This document shows positions 39,352 through 50,250 of a stretch of DNA of 64,000 bases, piece after piece. Within the stretch, counting starts at the first letter, position 1. Each line of letters starts with the position of its first letter. Source of the DNA: Cyanobacteria bacterium P01_D01_bin.156 (GTDB taxonomy: Bacteria; Cyanobacteriota; Cyanobacteriia; Phormidesmidales; Phormidesmidaceae); assembly GCA_039024555.1 (NCBI GenBank), contig JBCCQQ010000003.1, forward strand, positions 1 to 64,000, given 5' to 3'. The position numbers and the translations under genes were made by a program. The notes below the pieces were generated by a model. That model was not told the origin of the DNA. It saw nothing but the letters and a program-made list of their open reading frames with translations, and did not search any database.

Positions 39352-39729
39352 GTGACTATCTGCCCTAACTCCACAGCCAAGAAGCGACATTTTATTCAGG
39401 TCTGTCAGTATCGCAGCTGTCAGCGATTTCAGTCAATCGACGTGCTAACAGCACTCAAACACTATGCCAGCGATACTTTAATGGTCTCTGCCAGTTCTTG
39501 TTTAGGACAGTGTGGTTCGGGACCGACCGTCAGAGTATCACCTGACAATGTTTGGTATTGCCGAGTACGCCCGCAGGATGTCGATACCATTATGGAGCAG
39601 CACATCCAGAACGGAAAACCGGTCAAGCAATTGCTGCATCCACGTTTTCACCCCGACTACGGACATTTGCTCGACCGCCTGAAAGCTGCTCAGTCAGATT
39701 CTCCGCCGTCAGAATCTACATCAGATTAA
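39352..39729 (+). CDS. Thioredoxin-like [2Fe-2S] ferredoxin
   Basis: VCQYRSC...CLGQCGSGPTV..PDNVWY; start moved to the GTG at 39352 because the upstream GTG lies inside a hairpin. Confidence 0.85.
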   Translation: MTICPNSTAKKRHFIQVCQYRSCQRFQSIDVLTALKHYASDTLMVSASSCLGQCGSGPTVRVSPDNVWYCRVRPQDVDTIMEQHIQNGKPVKQLLHPRFHPDYGHLLDRLKAAQSDSPPSESTSD

Positions 39730-39805
39730 CAAAGTGGGCTTCACAAATAGCGATTCCCCAGTGGAGAACCGGAGTATACTAAAGAAGTTGCCGCCCTGCC
39801 GCACT

Positions 39806-40240
39806 GTGGAACTCTCTTGCAAAAGTGAATACGCTCTCCTTGCCTTGCTAGAGCTCAGTCTAAACTACGACCAGGGAGCTCCCCTACAAATCCGTCAAAT
39901 CGCAGCTCAACAAAATATTCCTGACCGCTATCTAGAGCAGCTGCTAGCTACCCTCAGACGAGCGGGGTTTGTCAAAAGTCAGCGGGGGGCCAAAGGAGGG
40001 TATTTACTAGCCCAGGCACCTTGGACCATAGTTCTATTGGACGTTGTGAATTGTATCGAGGGTCTAGAAAATAAAGACGAGGCAGGCGATGCTGTACTGA
40101 CGACAGAGCGGCAAGTCGTACGTGCCTTCTGGAGCAATGTCCAAACTGCTGCTCATGAAGTGCTTTCTGCCCACACTCTTCAAGATTTGGTAGAACAGCG
40201 TAACGCCAAGCATCAAGTCGACTTGATGTATTACATTTAG
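39806..40240 (+). CDS. Rrf2 family transcriptional regulator (CymR-like)
   Basis: YALLALLEL, YLEQLLATLRRAG..SQRGAKGGY; no IscR-type Cys triad; C-terminal LMYYI; start at GTG (VELSCK). Confidence 0.93.
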   Translation: MELSCKSEYALLALLELSLNYDQGAPLQIRQIAAQQNIPDRYLEQLLATLRRAGFVKSQRGAKGGYLLAQAPWTIVLLDVVNCIEGLENKDEAGDAVLTTERQVVRAFWSNVQTAAHEVLSAHTLQDLVEQRNAKHQVDLMYYI

Positions 40241-40255
40241 CGCCGGGAATTGGCT

Positions 40256-41230
40256 ATGCGGATCGTCCAAAATATTACTGAACTAGTAGGCCATACGCCG
40301 CTGGTCCAACTTAATCGCATTCCTCAGACAGAGGGCTGTGTCGCTCAAATTGTGCTGAAACTGGAAGGGATGAATCCGTCTGCTTCAGTGAAGGACCGCA
40401 TTGGCGTCAATATGATCGCAACGGCAGAAGCAGCGGGCAAAATTCAGCCGGGGAAGACCACACTCGTGGAACCCACGTCAGGCAATACTGGTATTGCCCT
40501 GGCGATGGTATCAGCAGCTAAGGGATACCGACTGATTTTGACCATGCCAGAAACGATGAGTGCCGAACGTCGGGCGATGCTGCGAGCCTATGGTGCTGAA
40601 CTAGAGCTTACCCCCGGCACTGAAGGCATGGCAGGCTGTATTCAGCGGGCTCAACAAATTGTGGCGGCTACCCCTGATGCCTATATGCTGCAACAGTTTA
40701 GAAATCCTGCAAACCCAGACATGCACCGCAGCAGTACAGCTGAGGAAATTTGGGACGATACGGACGGGCAAGTAGATTTTTTGGTAGCAGGTGTAGGCAC
40801 GGGTGGCACGATTACCGGCGTTAGCGACGTACTCAAACAGCGAAAGCCAAGTTTTCAAGCGATCGCAGTTGAACCTGAAAATAGCCAGGTGCTAACTGGC
40901 GGCAACCCCGGCCCCCATAAGATCCAGGGAATTGGCGCAGGCTTTGTTCCAGATGTTCTGCAGGTAAAGCTGATAGACGAGGTGATTGCTGTAGGAGACG
41001 ATGATGCGATCTCATATGGTCGCCGTCTGGCTAAAGAAGAAGGCATCTTATCCGGCATTTCGAGTGGAGCTGCCCTCTGTGCAGCTATCAAAATTGGTCA
41101 ACGACCTGAAAATGCCAACAAGTTAATTGTTGTTATTCAGCCTAGCTTTGGTGAGCGCTATCTGAGTACGCCGCTCTTTCAGGATCCATCCCTGACGTCA
41201 TCCATTTCGTCCCTAGTGAACAGCCGTTAA
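40256..41230 (+). CDS. cysK: Cysteine synthase A
   Basis: [11 protein letters not shown] (PLP Lys), [13 protein letters not shown] and [10 protein letters not shown]. Confidence 0.98.
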   Translation: MRIVQNITELVGHTPLVQLNRIPQTEGCVAQIVLKLEGMNPSASVKDRIGVNMIATAEAAGKIQPGKTTLVEPTSGNTGIALAMVSAAKGYRLILTMPETMSAERRAMLRAYGAELELTPGTEGMAGCIQRAQQIVAATPDAYMLQQFRNPANPDMHRSSTAEEIWDDTDGQVDFLVAGVGTGGTITGVSDVLKQRKPSFQAIAVEPENSQVLTGGNPGPHKIQGIGAGFVPDVLQVKLIDEVIAVGDDDAISYGRRLAKEEGILSGISSGAALCAAIKIGQRPENANKLIVVIQPSFGERYLSTPLFQDPSLTSSISSLVNSR

Positions 41231-42025
41231 ACCCACAAGCATGGCAACCTCTACCCACTCCACCACAGCACCATAGGTATCGCCTGTATGGCCCCCCAGC
41301 TTGTGCGCTAACCAAGCTGACAGCATGACTGAACTACTGATACCGAGACACAGAGACATTAAGCCATAACGTACATCAAGCAATCCCAAAACCATCATCA
41401 GAGCCGTTATGCCCATGAGGCCCATTGCGGCAGGGAGCGTTTGCCAGAAAGACGGTACAGCTTTTTTATGAAACGCTCCCTTACCTTGGGACTTGAGGTA
41501 GGGATAGTTACCTATAGCCCACTGCTGTCCCCATCTTCCCCAGGCCGCGGCGGCTGTTAATGCAAACCAACGATGTTGCACGATTGTTTCTAAGGCAAAT
41601 ATTTTGAGGAGAATAATTGCGATCGCAATCATGACTCCGAATGCGCCCGCACGACTATCCGCCATGACAGTCAATCGCTGGCGAGCATCTTGTACAGCCA
41701 AACCATCTGCCGTATCCATCGCGCCATCCATATGCAAACCGCCTGTCAGCCACACACCCATTAAAACGAGCAACGCACTGCTTAGCAGCCCAGGCACTTC
41801 CAGCTTAAAAAATAACCAATCTAGTCCGCAGAGAAGGACACCCAAAGCTATACCAATCAGAGGAGCTATCAACGCAATATTTTTAAATTCCGCAGGCCAA
41901 CTTTGAGGTAAAGGTACCCTCGTGTAGAACAAAACTGCCCCATTCAGAGTTGCCCAAAATTGAGTCCCCCTCCGGAAGAGCCGCTGAAAGGCCCGGCCTG
42001 CTAATTTGCTAAATGTTGTCGACAT
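41213..42025 (-). CDS. cobS: Adenosylcobinamide-GDP ribazoletransferase (cobalamin synthase)
   Basis: [31 protein letters not shown] and [10 protein letters not shown]. Confidence 0.95.
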   Translation of the reverse strand: MSTTFSKLAGRAFQRLFRRGTQFWATLNGAVLFYTRVPLPQSWPAEFKNIALIAPLIGIALGVLLCGLDWLFFKLEVPGLLSSALLVLMGVWLTGGLHMDGAMDTADGLAVQDARQRLTVMADSRAGAFGVMIAIAIILLKIFALETIVQHRWFALTAAAAWGRWGQQWAIGNYPYLKSQGKGAFHKKAVPSFWQTLPAAMGLMGITALMMVLGLLDVRYGLMSLCLGISSSVMLSAWLAHKLGGHTGDTYGAVVEWVEVAMLVGLTAVH

Positions 42026-42383
42026 TCGATATTTTTTGCTTAGACATTCTGAACCGATGCAGTATTGCAAGGGTAATGCACTCTCTTCATCCACAATGCC
42101 TGGAACCTTAATCCCTTAAAAATAGCTTTTATGATGCCCACCATAGAGAAATAGTTCGTACCCGATCACCCCGGCAAATTGAATTGTTCAGTACTCTGGC
42201 TGAAGGCATTACGAAAATTTGCCGAATAGGATAGGGACCATAAGCTAACTCTTCCGGACACGATTATTTTTAACCTAGGCGTTCCAAATAATCAGATTTC
42301 ATCTATCTTGAATATAGATTGTTATTAGCCTCGGTGTTTCACGGGTCTGTCATTGAAAGAAGTACCCATCTACCGACTCTACT

Positions 42384-42842
42384 ATGAGCTACCAACCCTC
42401 AACGAAATCCCTACCAGCTCCCTGTCTTGTTGACACCGGAACCGTGATCAACAAGAACGATATGGTGCGTCTCTTACAACATTTGGGTCGTGTTCGGTAT
42501 GTCCACACCCAGGAAGAAAAACTTTTCAAAGAAGGTGAGGGCTATGTGGTTGAAGTCTTCAGTGACCCTCAACAAGCCACCCTAGTAGCTAACAGTAGTC
42601 TGTATCTAAACGTCACAAGTTTCGACTATATGGAGATAGGGCAGCTCGATGACAATCAAGCTTACTTCGATCTGATTCAAGAGAATCGTTGTCTACGCAT
42701 CTTGCCCTTATCTAGCCCACTGACTGAGCGCAATAGCTGCAACATTAACGATGCAACCCTTGAAGCTATGTTAGCTGAAGCTCTCACAGCTCGCTGGGAC
42801 GCATGCTTAGACGATGACAACAATAACAATTTTGCAAGCTAA
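42384..42842 (+). CDS. Conserved-looking hypothetical protein
   Basis: Clean ORF upstream of tgt; LPAPCLVDTG...LYLNVTSFDY; function unknown. Confidence 0.7.
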   Translation: MSYQPSTKSLPAPCLVDTGTVINKNDMVRLLQHLGRVRYVHTQEEKLFKEGEGYVVEVFSDPQQATLVANSSLYLNVTSFDYMEIGQLDDNQAYFDLIQENRCLRILPLSSPLTERNSCNINDATLEAMLAEALTARWDACLDDDNNNNFAS

Positions 42843-42908
42843 GCAGGTTGTCTCCGATATAGCCAATCTAGTACGGTTGCTAAACAGCAGATACAGAGGA
42901 TAGCGTAA

Positions 42909-44069
<1,161 letters not shown>

Positions 44070-44126
44070 CATGTTAAGATGTGAATCAATTCTTAAGCAA
44101 ACTTTTGCCAACGTAGAGAGGTTTTC

Positions 44127-44264
44127 ATGGACGCAGTCCTAGTGTTAGCTAAACTCCCCGAAGCTTACCAAGCATTTGCTCCCTTGGTAGATATTTTGCC
44201 TATTTTGCCTGTCTTCTTTTTGCTTCTAGCGTTTGTTTGGCAAGCTTCCGTAGGATTTCGTTAA
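44127..44264 (+). CDS. psbK: Photosystem II reaction centre protein K (not in the ORF track)
   Basis: Translates to [54 protein letters not shown]. Confidence 0.98.
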   Translation: MDAVLVLAKLPEAYQAFAPLVDILPILPVFFLLLAFVWQASVGFR

Positions 44265-44410
44265 GTTCCAAGCAAACTCGATCACTTCTTAGGTACGTGC
44301 TCCTTATTTGCCGTTAAGCATTAATACTGGGAGTACTGTTAAGCCTAGAAGAGTTAACGAATAGGCGATTTGGTCAGTCAAACTTTGTTGTTTTCTTAAA
44401 TCTGATAGTT

Positions 44411-44452
44411 CTTAAAGGGTGATGAGAGGTATACCTCTCATCACCCTTTAAG
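44411..44452. terminator. 42-bp perfect palindrome between convergent genes, probable bidirectional terminator
   Basis: CTTAAAGGGTGATGAGAGGTA|TACCTCTCATCACCCTTTAAG. Confidence 0.7.
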
Positions 44453-44504
44453 GTTATTTAGCTAACTAAGGAATGCCTAGCACTGCAAAGTATAGTCACC
44501 CTAA

Positions 44505-44966
44505 TTACAGGGTCATATGCGTGTACTTATGCTGTTTCACATTATCTTCCGCTGTTATGGTGTGAGTAGCATTTAAGATGCGCTTTCTATCAGTCGAGAA
44601 ATTAATACCTTCGTAGCTTTGACCATGGGGAAGTGAACGCTGCAAAAGCTCCTTGTTTTGGTATGTCCTAGCGGCTGCGTTAGCGCGCTCTATAAAATGC
44701 TCACAGAAGACAGTGTCTTCACTGGCCCTCATTGAAAGTGGCTTGCTAAGTTGAGTATCTTGGATGACTTCACCTAGCTTCACACCGTAGAGAGTCGAAT
44801 AAGATGTGGGCACTCCCTTCAATAGGGCTTCAAAATAAGCGGATGGGACAGGTTCTAAAACGTTGAATGGAACAACATTTCCATCCTGCTTACGAAAGCA
44901 CTTCGCTAAACCAACAATGACATAGTCATCATCCGAAGGTGCAGTGGGTTTGGAAGATAGGGTCAT
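44505..44966 (-). CDS. Conserved-looking hypothetical protein, divergent from the 6S RNA
   Basis: DDYVIVGLAKCF, EPVPSAY and DNVKQHKYTH; start moved to MTLSSK. Confidence 0.7.
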   Translation of the reverse strand: MTLSSKPTAPSDDDYVIVGLAKCFRKQDGNVVPFNVLEPVPSAYFEALLKGVPTSYSTLYGVKLGEVIQDTQLSKPLSMRASEDTVFCEHFIERANAAARTYQNKELLQRSLPHGQSYEGINFSTDRKRILNATHTITAEDNVKQHKYTHMTL

Positions 44967-45060
44967 AGTTTGCCCGATACAATTTTGCTTTATTGTCCAC
45001 AATCCTATCTCTCTTGCCACAGAAACAAGAACTTCCCTTTTAATCCGTTATAAAACCCCA

Positions 45061-45240
45061 AAAGTTGTAACTTTTGGCAATAGCCATAGTCACTGAAACA
45101 TTAATGAGGTGAATGTCTTCATCCATTACACTTCAAACATATTGGTGCAGTTATGCCCCTGCTCTTCTGTGGTTGAGTTCAGAACACAACCTGTGTACGA
45201 TTTGGCTAGCAGCGGTGTCAAACGTCTACATAGTTGCTTT
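45061..45240 (+). ncRNA. ssrS: 6S RNA (SsrS/SsaA)
   Basis: About 180 nt after a TATAAA -10 (45049). The 5' end AAAGTTGTAACTTTTGGCA..TAGTC pairs with the 3' end GGCTAGCAGCGGTGTCAAACGTCTACATAGTTGCTTT, and GCAGCGGTGTC resembles the conserved 3' GCGGCGGCAUC block of 6S RNAs. Confidence 0.8.
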
Positions 45241-45414
45241 TCCTATTCAGAGCTACCCCCAACCAAAACAGAGGGGCTTACCCTTTAGATGGTTAGTGGA
45301 ACTGTCGGATTGGAGATGACCAAAGAGTCTTTGCCCTACTCCAGCAATCTTCCGATCAGCTACTAGTCTCAAAAGCTTGGGATTGGGTGCCGAGCTCCTA
45401 CTCTACAACGTCTG

Positions 45415-45627
45415 CTAATCGATAGAAATTGTCTGAGGACCTTTACCAGAACTATCGTCATTGTCACTGCCCTGTTCAGTAACGCTAGCCCCTTGATTTT
45501 CCAACCAGCTTTTAACGGGATCATCACCTAAATTGAGCTTGAGCATACCGGATGCAAACCCACCAAAAAATGCAACAGGCTGGCCTAAAAGTTCTTGCAT
45601 TATGGGCGCTAGCTCATCGAGAAACAT
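45415..45627 (-). CDS. Small conserved protein (UPF0426-like)
   Basis: QPVAFFGGFASGMLKLNL.DDPVKSWL and C-terminal PQTISID. Confidence 0.8.
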   Translation of the reverse strand: MFLDELAPIMQELLGQPVAFFGGFASGMLKLNLGDDPVKSWLENQGASVTEQGSDNDDSSGKGPQTISID

Positions 45628-45702
45628 AGTTTTTACAGACTGTCACAAAACACCTTAGATATATTAACGTGACTATGAAAAAATCGGTCGCCCTGTGCTC
45701 AC

Positions 45703-47313
45703 TTAGCGTAATCCCCGTCGACCGTTCGGATAAACAGTAGACCAATTGGTTTTAGTCTTTGCTAGCTGCCCTTCAGTCAGGTTTGCCCCCGTTAAATCTG
45801 CCCCACAGAGGTTAGCTCCTCGAAGATTCGCCCCCACCAAATTACTGCGGTTCAAGTTGGCTCCCCGAAGATCGCTATTCTCAAGGTTCACTTCCCCCAT
45901 GTAAGCGTTAGATAGCTTTGCATTCTTTAGATTGCACTGACGTAAATCCGCCTTACTGAGGTTCACATTAGTCAAATCCGCCCCCTGCAAATTGCAATCA
46001 TTCAACTGAGCCCCCGCAAAACTAGCACCGCTTAATTTAAGGCGTTGAAGGTTTAAGCGCATTAGCGGTTGCAGGGAAAAGTCTCTATGCCCACGTTCAT
46101 AAGCTCTTTGCACTGCTTCCGGTGTAATTTTTTTACCCTGTCCAGAGAATGGTCCCGACTGGCTTGAACTATTGGACAATAAGTTCCCTGATGGACGACG
46201 GGGTGACACTGGTGAGGGCTTGGTATTTTGGCGCTCTCGACGAGCTCGAATAGCAGCGGCCATGCGAGCGGATGGGGAAGCACCTGATTGAGAGTCATCT
46301 AAACCTAAGATAGTGGCAGCTTCATCACTATTGAGTGTTGGCTGACTAACTGGCCCCACATCTCTGGGCGCCGCTGTTGGAATCGCCATATTTTGTGCAA
46401 GGCTATCAAGATAAGGTTCTAAATCTAGATCCCGCAAAATAGCATCCGCTGAGCTATAGCGATGACGAACCGAAATTTCTAGCATTTTGCTCAGGACCCC
46501 AGCAAAATGTTCGCTGACCTTAACGTGAGCCCTCCAAAGAATTTCGCCTGTTTGAGGATCGTAGGACATATCCTTAGGAGATTTTGCCGTAAGTAAATAC
46601 AAACAAGTAACGCCAATCGCATAGATATCACTGGCATACACTGGCCGCATGGCCATTTGCTCTGGCGGTGCATAGCCTGGAGTACCCACAGCATAGGCAG
46701 TTAGTGCGGTATGCCCAGACTCTTCACTTGCTTTGACAGGATTAACCTTGTCCTTAACAGCACCAAAATCGATTAAAACCAGACGTTTATCTGCATCACG
46801 GCGAATGAGGTTAGCCGGTTTAATATCGCGGTGGATGACCTCATTGCGGTGAATGTACTGCATTACTGGCAGAATTTCACTTAAGAATTGTTTGACCCCT
46901 GCTTCACTAAATGACCCACGGGTTTTGACCTCTTTTTGTAGCGTGAAGCCATTGATGTACTCTTGCACCAAGAAAAAATCTTGGCGAGCTTCAAAATAAT
47001 CTAATAAGCGTGGTAGCTGAGGGTGATTGCCAATCTTACCCAAGATCTTGGCTTCACGAGCAAATAGCTCCCGAGCCATCTGCATCACATGGGGAGCTTC
47101 AGCGGTTGGACGAAGCTGCTTAATTACGCAGGGGGGAGAGCCCGGTAATCCCTCATCATGGGCTAAGAATGTTGTGCCAAAACCACCTTTCCCCAAAGTG
47201 CCACTTACACGGTAACGATCGCGAAGCAGCAGCTCAGAACCGCAGGCAAGACATTGCCTAGCAGTAGCTGCATTTTTTGGATTAGGACACTCTGAATTGA
47301 TGCAATAGGTCAT
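45703..47313 (-). CDS. spkB: Ser/Thr protein kinase with C-terminal pentapeptide repeats (SpkB-like)
   Basis: N-terminal 4-Cys motif, LGKGGFG, HRDIKPAN and DFG; A(N/D)LxG repeats. Confidence 0.88.
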   Translation of the reverse strand: MTYCINSECPNPKNAATARQCLACGSELLLRDRYRVSGTLGKGGFGTTFLAHDEGLPGSPPCVIKQLRPTAEAPHVMQMARELFAREAKILGKIGNHPQLPRLLDYFEARQDFFLVQEYINGFTLQKEVKTRGSFSEAGVKQFLSEILPVMQYIHRNEVIHRDIKPANLIRRDADKRLVLIDFGAVKDKVNPVKASEESGHTALTAYAVGTPGYAPPEQMAMRPVYASDIYAIGVTCLYLLTAKSPKDMSYDPQTGEILWRAHVKVSEHFAGVLSKMLEISVRHRYSSADAILRDLDLEPYLDSLAQNMAIPTAAPRDVGPVSQPTLNSDEAATILGLDDSQSGASPSARMAAAIRARRERQNTKPSPVSPRRPSGNLLSNSSSQSGPFSGQGKKITPEAVQRAYERGHRDFSLQPLMRLNLQRLKLSGASFAGAQLNDCNLQGADLTNVNLSKADLRQCNLKNAKLSNAYMGEVNLENSDLRGANLNRSNLVGANLRGANLCGADLTGANLTEGQLAKTKTNWSTVYPNGRRGLR

Positions 47314-47819
47314 GTAGCTTTAGCCACCATCCTCATATCTCTATGGTTGGGGCTAGGGTTAACTATGGCACAACATCTCACAAGAGCTGGGCTAGGGGTA
47401 GAACCTGTTAAACCGCTCCACAATGATGAAGTTGCTTGAGATGGACTCTGGTAATTTCTAATTACACTGAAAACCTCAACCATCAGCCATCAGTGATGGA
47501 ATGAGTAGATTTCTTTCAGGATCTTAATTTTATTCATCAACAAATTTACTCTTATTAAAAGTAAGAAAACACTTATCTATTAAGCTTAGTAACCGTTACC
47601 TAATCGATAATGATGACAAGCATTTCTATTATTCCTACTATTTTATCCAATCCTTGAAGTGGATATACGCAATTGTGAACGGATTTTTCGAAAAGATGCG
47701 GACCTTTAGAAATCCTTAGTACCACTAATCAATCGTCATGAAACGGTCAGTGGAAAAGGGAACTTCAACGGTAAAATATTTGGGTTTGTTGTGCTCATAT
47801 TCTCTCTAACTCAAGCTTC

Positions 47820-50243
47820 ATGCGCATTTCTGTCAGCTGGCTTAAAGAATTTGTAGATCCGCAGTTAACCCCTGAAGCCATCGGCGATGCTCTCACCATG
47901 GCTGGGTTTGAGGTTGAGGATATTGAAGACCGCCAAACTTGGGCCGATGGCGTAGTCGTGGGTCAGGTCACCGACCGCCAGCCCCATCCCGATGCTGACA
48001 AACTCAGCGTATGTACTGTGGACATTGGCGAAGCCGAGCCTTCTACAATCGTCTGCGGGGCAGCTAATGTCAGGGCAGATATCTACGTTGCGGTGGCCAA
48101 GGTCAATACCTATCTCCCCAAAGTAGATCTGAAGATCAAGCCACGTAAGCTGAGAGGAGTACCGTCCACGGGCATGATTTGCTCCTTATCAGAGCTAGGT
48201 TTGGCCAAGGACTCAGAGGGTATTCACATTTTTGAGCAGCCAAATTTGACGACAGGGCAAGATGTTCGACCCTTACTAGGTTTGGATGATACAGTGCTCG
48301 ACATATCATCCACAGCAAATAGAGCCGATGCCCTAAGTATGGTGGGGATTGCCCGGGAGCTCGCAGCGATTACCGGGGCTGATCTGAAGCTGCCGCTAGA
48401 AGCGCTGGATGCACCGGAACATAGTCAGGAAACGGTTGAGGTCGCTCTGACAGAACCGAAAGCCTGTCCTATCTATATTGGCACTGTTCTACGGGACGTT
48501 AAAATTGGTCCATCGCCCGCCTGGCTAAAGCAACGTTTAGACGCTGCTGGGACTCGTTCTATCAACAATGTGGTTGATATTACTAATTATGTGCTGTTGG
48601 AATGGGGCCAGCCACTGCACGCATTTGACCTAGATCGTCTTACCCAAGGGCAAGACACTACCGTTAGCGTCCGTTTTGGTAAATCAGATGAAACTTTAAA
48701 GACCCTCGACGCTCAGCAACGTGAGCTCAAGGATCAAACTTTAGTGATAACAGCTAACGACACTCCCGTAGCCCTAGCTGGTGTTATGGGTGGTGAAGAC
48801 TCCGAAGTAGATGATACAACCCAAAATGTTTTCCTAGAATCAGCCTTCTTTGACGCTGCAGTGATTCGGCGTTCCGCCAGAAGTCAGGGTCTCAGAACTG
48901 AGGCATCGGCGCGTTATGAACGTGGGGTCAACCCAGCGGAGCTAGAACTAGCAGCCAACCGAGCCATCCAGCTGATGGTAGAACTTGCCGATGCCAAGCT
49001 GGTGCATCAGCAGGATGAGCGTACAGAAGTGGGAAGAATCACCCCTACTAGAACCATTGGGTTGCGCTTGGAGAGAGTAAGGCAAATCCTTGGCGGCTAC
49101 ATTGCTGAGAATGACACTGTAGCCGAGCTCAGTATCGCTGATGTGGAGGATACCTTGACACGTCTAGGCTGTACCTTGGCAGCCGATGGCCCAGGGCAAT
49201 GGGTCGTTACGGTACCAGCCTATAGATACCGCGACCTTGAACGAGAAATCGACCTGATTGAAGAGGTGGCTCGTTTGTTTGGTTACAACCGCTTTAACAA
49301 TACGTTGCCCCAGCAAACATCTCGCGGTCGTCTCTCACCGGAAGCTATGCTGGTGCGCCAATTGCGTGCCGCGTTTCGAGGTGCGGGTTTGACTGAAGTA
49401 CTCCACTACTCTCTAACTAATCCAGCCCCTCAGCGTGTGGTTCTAGAGAATCCCCTATTCACTGAATATTCAGCATTGCGCTCCGATTTATTGTCAGGGC
49501 TGATCGACGCCTTCCAGTTCAACTTAGAACAGGGAAATGGACCTTTAAATGCCTTTGAAATGGGGCATGTATTTGCGAATGAAGACGCACAGCTCACTGA
49601 GTACGAGCGCATTGGTGGCATCCTAGGCGGCAATGCTGCCCAGGGGCAATGGAGTGGCACAACCGCCCCCATGACCTGGTACGAAGCCAAGGGAATTTTG
49701 GAAACCGTGCTGCGCGAGGTGGGTCTGGAGGTAGACTACCGACCTGATAGTGAAGATACACGACTACATCCGGGACGGACGGCATCTCTATGGGTGCGCG
49801 GTCGTACTCGCTTAGGTACGTTTGGACAATTACATCCCCGCTTACGTCAAGAGCGGGACCTACCTAATGAAGTCTATGTATTTGAGCTGAACTGGGATGC
49901 GATCGCAACATGTTTAGTGAGCGATCGATTCCGAGCGCCGAAGTTCAAAGGCTTCTCATCCTATCCTGGTTCCGACCGCGATATTGCCTTTTACGCACCG
50001 GTTGAGGTCTCGGTAACCGACTTAGAAAAACTGATCATCCGAACCGGGGGGAAACTGCTAGAAACAGTCACCCTATTTGATGAATATCGTGGCAAGGGTG
50101 TGCCGGAAGGACAGCGCAGTTTGGCATTTCGTATGTTCTACCGAGCTAGCGATCGCACGCTTACCGATCAGGATATTGATCCAATCCAGGATAAAATTCG
50201 AGCGGCCCTGGAGAAAAAATTTAAGGTTAGTCTGCGGAGTTAA
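47820..50243 (+). CDS. pheT: Phenylalanine-tRNA ligase beta subunit
   Basis: [28 protein letters not shown] and DLIEEVAR; C-terminal FDX-ACB domain. Confidence 0.98.
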   Translation: MRISVSWLKEFVDPQLTPEAIGDALTMAGFEVEDIEDRQTWADGVVVGQVTDRQPHPDADKLSVCTVDIGEAEPSTIVCGAANVRADIYVAVAKVNTYLPKVDLKIKPRKLRGVPSTGMICSLSELGLAKDSEGIHIFEQPNLTTGQDVRPLLGLDDTVLDISSTANRADALSMVGIARELAAITGADLKLPLEALDAPEHSQETVEVALTEPKACPIYIGTVLRDVKIGPSPAWLKQRLDAAGTRSINNVVDITNYVLLEWGQPLHAFDLDRLTQGQDTTVSVRFGKSDETLKTLDAQQRELKDQTLVITANDTPVALAGVMGGEDSEVDDTTQNVFLESAFFDAAVIRRSARSQGLRTEASARYERGVNPAELELAANRAIQLMVELADAKLVHQQDERTEVGRITPTRTIGLRLERVRQILGGYIAENDTVAELSIADVEDTLTRLGCTLAADGPGQWVVTVPAYRYRDLEREIDLIEEVARLFGYNRFNNTLPQQTSRGRLSPEAMLVRQLRAAFRGAGLTEVLHYSLTNPAPQRVVLENPLFTEYSALRSDLLSGLIDAFQFNLEQGNGPLNAFEMGHVFANEDAQLTEYERIGGILGGNAAQGQWSGTTAPMTWYEAKGILETVLREVGLEVDYRPDSEDTRLHPGRTASLWVRGRTRLGTFGQLHPRLRQERDLPNEVYVFELNWDAIATCLVSDRFRAPKFKGFSSYPGSDRDIAFYAPVEVSVTDLEKLIIRTGGKLLETVTLFDEYRGKGVPEGQRSLAFRMFYRASDRTLTDQDIDPIQDKIRAALEKKFKVSLRS

Positions 50244-50250
50244 GGAGATC

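Noticed and set aside
39174..39380. 68-aa minus-strand ORF, and the GTG start at 39274 for the ferredoxin
   Set aside because: Both run through a strong RNA hairpin and lack protein-like features
42026..42383. Cobalamin riboswitch upstream of cobS
   Set aside because: No B12-box or GGGAA...GCAACTGT-type core found on either strand
45113..45319. 68-aa ORF from the track
   Set aside because: Overlaps the probable 6S RNA and has no recognisable protein features
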